From IMG/VR virus record IMGVR_UViG_3300017909_001442, positions 1 through 29,288 of that record: a DNA stretch of 29,288 nt; one strand, 5' to 3'. The translations under genes were made by a program, and so were the position numbers. The stretch comes from a virus (lineage: Duplodnaviria; Caudoviricetes). Below are positions 26,301 to 29,288 of the stretch, in pieces. Position 1 is the stretch's first letter. Every line of letters begins with the position of its first letter. The notes under the pieces are model-generated. The model made no database searches and was not told the DNA's origin. It saw only the letters and a program-made list of their open reading frames with translations.

Positions 26301-28014
26301 TAAACAATTAGTAGTTGATTATACTGGTATTGGATTTGGACATAGAGATAATTCAAACAATCAATTTAGAATATTTACTAACATATCAAATGGTGTTGGT
26401 GAATTATATATAAGAAATGCTAGTGATGCTAATAAGGTGTTTTTAACTGGTAATGGCAATAGTTACATCAATGGTGGTAAAGTCGGCATCGGCACATCTT
26501 CTGTAAGCACTCAACTTATTCATGGAAAAATTAATACAAGTGGTTCAGACCCTATGTTAAAACTTGAACAAGCTGGTAGTGGAGATAGTACATTAAATTT
26601 TATTAGGTCTAGTGGAGTACACAATGCGTCTATTGGGAGTTTAGCTACAGATGGTTCTTTTAATATTTCATTACAACACAATATAAGGGGGGCTATAAGA
26701 TTAAAACTCGATAACAACTCTCGCATTAGTCTATCTAATAATGATAGTGGTTCATCAAATACAGTCTTTGGTTATCAAGCTGGTAATGCTTTAGCATCGG
26801 GTTCAGTCGGAAATGCTTTATTTGGTGAATCGGCTGGTGCTGGAATATCAACAAATGATTATAATACATTCTTAGGTAATAATGCTGGTAGGTTTTATGG
26901 TCATGCTTCTGCTACAAAAAATACTGCGGTAGGTTATCAATCAATGTATGTAGGCGGTAACGCATCTACAAACTCAGCTTCTAACAATACCGCTGTTGGT
27001 TATCAAAGTTTATACTTAGTTACAACTGGCTCATCAAATGTAGCAATAGGTAAAGGAGCTTTAGATGCTGGTACAACACTTACAAATAATGTCGCAGTAG
27101 GTAATGATGCATTAGGTTCAAATGTTAGTGGTAATTTCAATACCGCAGTAGGTCAAAGTTGTTTATTAACAAATACAAATTCTTTTATGACTGCTATGGG
27201 TTTTAATGCACTAAGATTAAACTCAAGTGGTTCAGCAAATGTTGGATTTGGATACAACGCTGGATATGGAAACAATACTGGTAGCTCTAACACTTCTATT
27301 GGTTATGAGGCTGGTAAAGGTGTATCTAATAACGCTAATTCAAATAATACCGCAGTTGGTTATCAAAGTTTATTGGCAATAGAAACTGGAGGTGATAATA
27401 CTTCTGTGGGAGCTGGAGCTGGATTGCAAGTTACTACTGGATATGATAATACATTTCTAGGAAAATTTGCTGGTAAAGGTTTAACAACTGGCGATGGGAA
27501 TACGCTTATTGGCGATGATGCTGGAAATAATATCACACAAGGTAGAAGAAATACAGTTCTTGGAAAAGGTGCAACTACATCAGCAAATGGTGCATTAGAC
27601 CAAATTGTTATTGGTCGTGGTGCAACTGGAGTTGGAGACAATACTGCAATAATAGGCGGTTCAAATGTTACTGATGTGTATATGGGTGACAATGGTTCTT
27701 CTTGGAGTACTACATCTGATGGAAGATTAAAAGAAAATATTGAAGAATGGACTACTGGTTTAGATGCCATAAATAAACTGCGAGTCGTAGAATATAATTT
27801 TAAAGAAGATAATCCATACAAGTATAACCACAAGAAAAAACGTCAAGGTATCATAGCTCAAGAGGCTATAAAAGCAATACCCGAAATGATTAAAGATGAT
27901 GGTGAATGGTTATCCGCTAACCAAGAACCAATGATTTGGGCATTAGTAAATGCCGTACAAGAATTGACAAAGAAGGTCAATGAATTAGAAACTAAACTAA
28001 ATAAGGAAAACTAA
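23392..28014 (+). CDS. Long tail fibre with 11 [VLI]G[IV]G(T)xxP repeats, NTAVGYQ beta-roll region and C-terminal peptidase S74 chaperone
   Basis: Repeats counted in the translation. TSDGRLKENI auto-cleavage motif, GIIAQE, LVNAVQEL coiled coil. Confidence 0.9.
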   Translation: MADWKKLLVENPPASDIASSPSSGKVLKVSSNGTGLEWADDTGGAFSDNGSTATVTDRVVTIQGSSSAIPTLDINPPLSVSGTSYSRIRVQTSGRDLRFNLRNGSSTSDVMTITHDSKVGIGTSSPSTSLEISNGASKSLLVNSTSGTSTISAQKDGNYVKLGANGTSGFIKYGNTTTSTARDLIFFEGGGSETMRLTDAGKLGIGTSAPNSNSILHIVDGAGTMPTTHAGDSLIVQNNANTTDVSAIYAIAGTAGSSHIVFGDADSKNPGRVSYYHNNDYMSFHTNTTEQMRITSAGNIGIGTTSPSDKLHIADTGTDSDGRLRSTSQNVTSSIGSAEGDNRYFFAGAGLEIMTNSNHPILFSTNVTAGSATPQMMLNTSGQLGIGTTSPSSTLDVAGDANIDTKLWLGNTHNAGQTWASMGNQGNELVIDGGSNSGLTIVTGTSNAGYINHNNYNSANYQHIKFDSANAGMFFKAGGTDNVLSLKSTGVGIGTASPSAKLHILAGNDNDAIRVTGADANYYGSLHYTNASTTTFNILNSYSANNASAIKLGFGSVSSNVNVMTLLKSGNVGIGTTNPTEALHVEGAIQQSKIKIYNSGNQGFIDHSGAFGGSTFFIRQLGNNHDIRFQTNKGGSTTTALAIDGLTHNIGIGIESPTNKLHINHNSSTTLGLYVAHSADEYGSLAKFYTNSSNNTARSLVEIHNDNASSTAIIPLKITQDADGTALAITNGKVGIGTSSPEEKLSIGNGSIQLENLKNITWSDLGDGNNGRVRIYGSEDSDFIRMNVDNNNNKSFALTTTGVGIGTLSPTEKLHVAGNILLPLNASNTSHKLRLTGDATSEIYQYSYNAYWTTSLNHFFVSRDGFVHRNSDSSKQILFKHDINGGHYIASTMSDFNLLAGASTGALGFLTSGSSTTYKAIQNVNTSNTTMGLKFNTKASGTDTERMRITSAGNVGVGTTSPSYGLHIDNKQLVVDYTGIGFGHRDNSNNQFRIFTNISNGVGELYIRNASDANKVFLTGNGNSYINGGKVGIGTSSVSTQLIHGKINTSGSDPMLKLEQAGSGDSTLNFIRSSGVHNASIGSLATDGSFNISLQHNIRGAIRLKLDNNSRISLSNNDSGSSNTVFGYQAGNALASGSVGNALFGESAGAGISTNDYNTFLGNNAGRFYGHASATKNTAVGYQSMYVGGNASTNSASNNTAVGYQSLYLVTTGSSNVAIGKGALDAGTTLTNNVAVGNDALGSNVSGNFNTAVGQSCLLTNTNSFMTAMGFNALRLNSSGSANVGFGYNAGYGNNTGSSNTSIGYEAGKGVSNNANSNNTAVGYQSLLAIETGGDNTSVGAGAGLQVTTGYDNTFLGKFAGKGLTTGDGNTLIGDDAGNNITQGRRNTVLGKGATTSANGALDQIVIGRGATGVGDNTAIIGGSNVTDVYMGDNGSSWSTTSDGRLKENIEEWTTGLDAINKLRVVEYNFKEDNPYKYNHKKKRQGIIAQEAIKAIPEMIKDDGEWLSANQEPMIWALVNAVQELTKKVNELETKLNKEN

Positions 28015-28016
28015 AA

Positions 28017-28253
28017 ATGGCAGATAAGTATACAAAAAAAGCCGTTGAATCTTCAGAAGGTTTACCAGCAGATGCTTGGAAGGATGCTCCAGTTGAAAAG
28101 GAACATCAACCACCTAAAATAAAATCTGAAGTTTCATATAGGCAACTTGAAAACGAAGTAGCAAATCTTGATGCTGAAGCTAAAAGAATAGCTGATAGAA
28201 AAGCTGAACTTGTTGCTGAAATGGCTGAAGTTAAAAAAGCAGTAGAGGCATAA
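28017..28253 (+). CDS. Small coiled-coil protein after tail fibre
   Basis: SD AAGGA, 78 aa. Confidence 0.7.
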   Translation: MADKYTKKAVESSEGLPADAWKDAPVEKEHQPPKIKSEVSYRQLENEVANLDAEAKRIADRKAELVAEMAEVKKAVEA

Positions 28254-28592
28254 TTGGACCCAACAACATTACTAGAAGCTTATGGTACCCTGGGTGTTAC
28301 TGGTGTAATGGCCTTACTTTTTGGTTTTATGATTACAAACATCATTAAAAGTCAGGCCAACCAGGACAAGGAATTAGAAGCTATACGAGAAAATGCAAGT
28401 GCAATGTCAGAGGTAATGTCCAATACACAATCAATCGTTTTAAAGTTGGTTGATAGAATACAAAGAGAATCAGAGCAACAAAGCGATGAAAGAAACAGAA
28501 GGCATGAAGCAATATCCAGGGACATTGCAGACATGGATGCACAAATATCAGAAATTAAAGGAATAATATCGAGGTTAAATGGAAGACATTAA
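28254..28592 (+). CDS. Putative holin-like protein (N-terminal TM helix plus coiled coil)
   Basis: TTG start, GAGG upstream, YGTLGVTGVMALLFGFMI hydrophobic helix. BhlA/UviB-like topology. Confidence 0.6.
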   Translation: MDPTTLLEAYGTLGVTGVMALLFGFMITNIIKSQANQDKELEAIRENASAMSEVMSNTQSIVLKLVDRIQRESEQQSDERNRRHEAISRDIADMDAQISEIKGIISRLNGRH

Positions 28593-28708
28593 TGAACGAG
28601 GATTTAAAAGACGTACTAACTGTTGTTGCATGGGTGACTATTGTATTTGTTTTGTTAATATTTGTAGCGTGTGATAGCGGTTGGTCCATAGCTGGGCATG
28701 AGGTATGA
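28592..28708 (+). CDS. 38-aa membrane peptide / possible lipoprotein (not in ORF track)
   Basis: MNEDLKDVLTVVAWVTIVFVLLIFVACDSGWSIAGHEV. TAATG and ATGA overlaps on both sides, lipobox-like FVA-C. Confidence 0.65.
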   Translation: MNEDLKDVLTVVAWVTIVFVLLIFVACDSGWSIAGHEV

Positions 28709-28986
28709 GCCATGAAGAAAAAACGTATCGTTCCGCAAACATACGAACTGTATCTGATAATGCGATTATATCAATTAACCTTGCCTGGATTCGGAATATT
28801 ATTTTATCATGTATATGCCTGGGCGGTATCATTTTCAAATATGAACAAAGACTTAGAGTTGCTGAAGAATCAATACGAAGTCTTAATAAAAGAGTTGATG
28901 ACCTCTCCGCAATACATGATGCTGAGATAGAAGAAATACAGAAGTGGTACAAAATAAATATTTTTGGAAAAGATAAAAAGAAATGA
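28705..28986 (+). CDS. Membrane protein with coiled coil (lysis-region candidate)
   Basis: IILSCICLGGIIF hydrophobic stretch followed by heptads. ATGA-coupled. Confidence 0.65.
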   Translation: MSHEEKTYRSANIRTVSDNAIISINLAWIRNIILSCICLGGIIFKYEQRLRVAEESIRSLNKRVDDLSAIHDAEIEEIQKWYKINIFGKDKKK

Positions 28987-29204
28987 GTGAAGATAAACAC
29001 ACAGAAATAATCGCACACCTTACACAACTTAGTGAGAGACAATTCACATTGTTTAAATCAATAAATAAAATTGAGAGACATTTAGATAAAATTAATGGGA
29101 AGGTAGAAAAACACGAGAAAGATATAATCGTTATACAGACTTATGGAGCCATAGGCCTGATAGCATTACCAATAATCGTAAACCTAATTATGAGGATACT
29201 CTAA
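28983..29204 (+). CDS. Coiled coil plus C-terminal TM protein (XhlA-like topology)
   Basis: IERHLDKINGKVEKHE then GAIGLIALPIIVNLIM. Confidence 0.65.
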   Translation: MSEDKHTEIIAHLTQLSERQFTLFKSINKIERHLDKINGKVEKHEKDIIVIQTYGAIGLIALPIIVNLIMRIL

Positions 29205-29288
29205 ATGAACATAACAAAACTAATTATAGCATCAGCCACAAAGATAGCAGAACAACAAGCTGAAAGCGTAAGGTCTGATTTTGTCAGC
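29205..29288 (+). CDS. Hypothetical protein, 5' part only
   Basis: ATG right after the previous stop, GAGGA upstream, open to the window end (MNITKLIIASATKIAEQQAESVRSDFVS). Confidence 0.6.
   Translation, partial: MNITKLIIASATKIAEQQAESVRSDFVS

Noticed and set aside
23392-28014. Diversity-generating retroelement TR/VR pair in the fibre
   Set aside because: Repeat mismatches are not restricted to adenines, both copies are coding, and no reverse transcriptase is in the window.
28712-28930. Nested alternate-frame ORF as a possible Rz1-like o-spanin
   Set aside because: No Cys, so no lipobox.
1141-29042. Minus-strand ORFs antisense to structural genes (e.g. 2671..3150, 15081..15467, 17859..18344, 27363..27833, 28638..29042)
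   Set aside because: They overlap well-supported + strand genes and have the Ser/Phe/Leu/Ile-rich composition of antisense shadows.
1-29288. CRISPR array, tRNA genes, or stop-codon reassignment
   Set aside because: No regularly spaced repeats or cloverleaf seen. Genes tile densely under the standard code, and TAA, TAG and TGA all act as stops.

Overview
An AT-rich fragment of a tailed dsDNA phage (Caudoviricetes) with podovirus-like architecture and the general look of an uncultured aquatic phage. It holds nearly the whole late/structural operon on the + strand: terminase small and large subunits, portal, five small very basic ORFs, scaffold, major capsid, a decoration-like protein, two paralogous adaptor/ring proteins, a nozzle gene apparently split in two, ejection proteins including a 2539-aa polyvalent protein, two tail fibres (one with an S74 chaperone) and the start of a membrane-protein/lysis cluster. 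Two divergent minus-strand ORFs and a control region lie at the left end. Main points of interest: (1) the polyvalent protein's cargo domains (degenerate zincin, GNAT, ART-PolyVal-like, glycosylase-like, LPD38-like) are separated by a repeated S-x-Q-[LIM] motif; (2) a protamine/histone-like cassette inside the head module; (3) a TTTGATACTTTTAC promoter-like motif ahead of three modules; (4) strong k-mer avoidance that changes inside the long tail fibre gene. All family names come from recalled motifs, not database searches. I saw no tRNA, CRISPR array, integrase, intein or replication gene.
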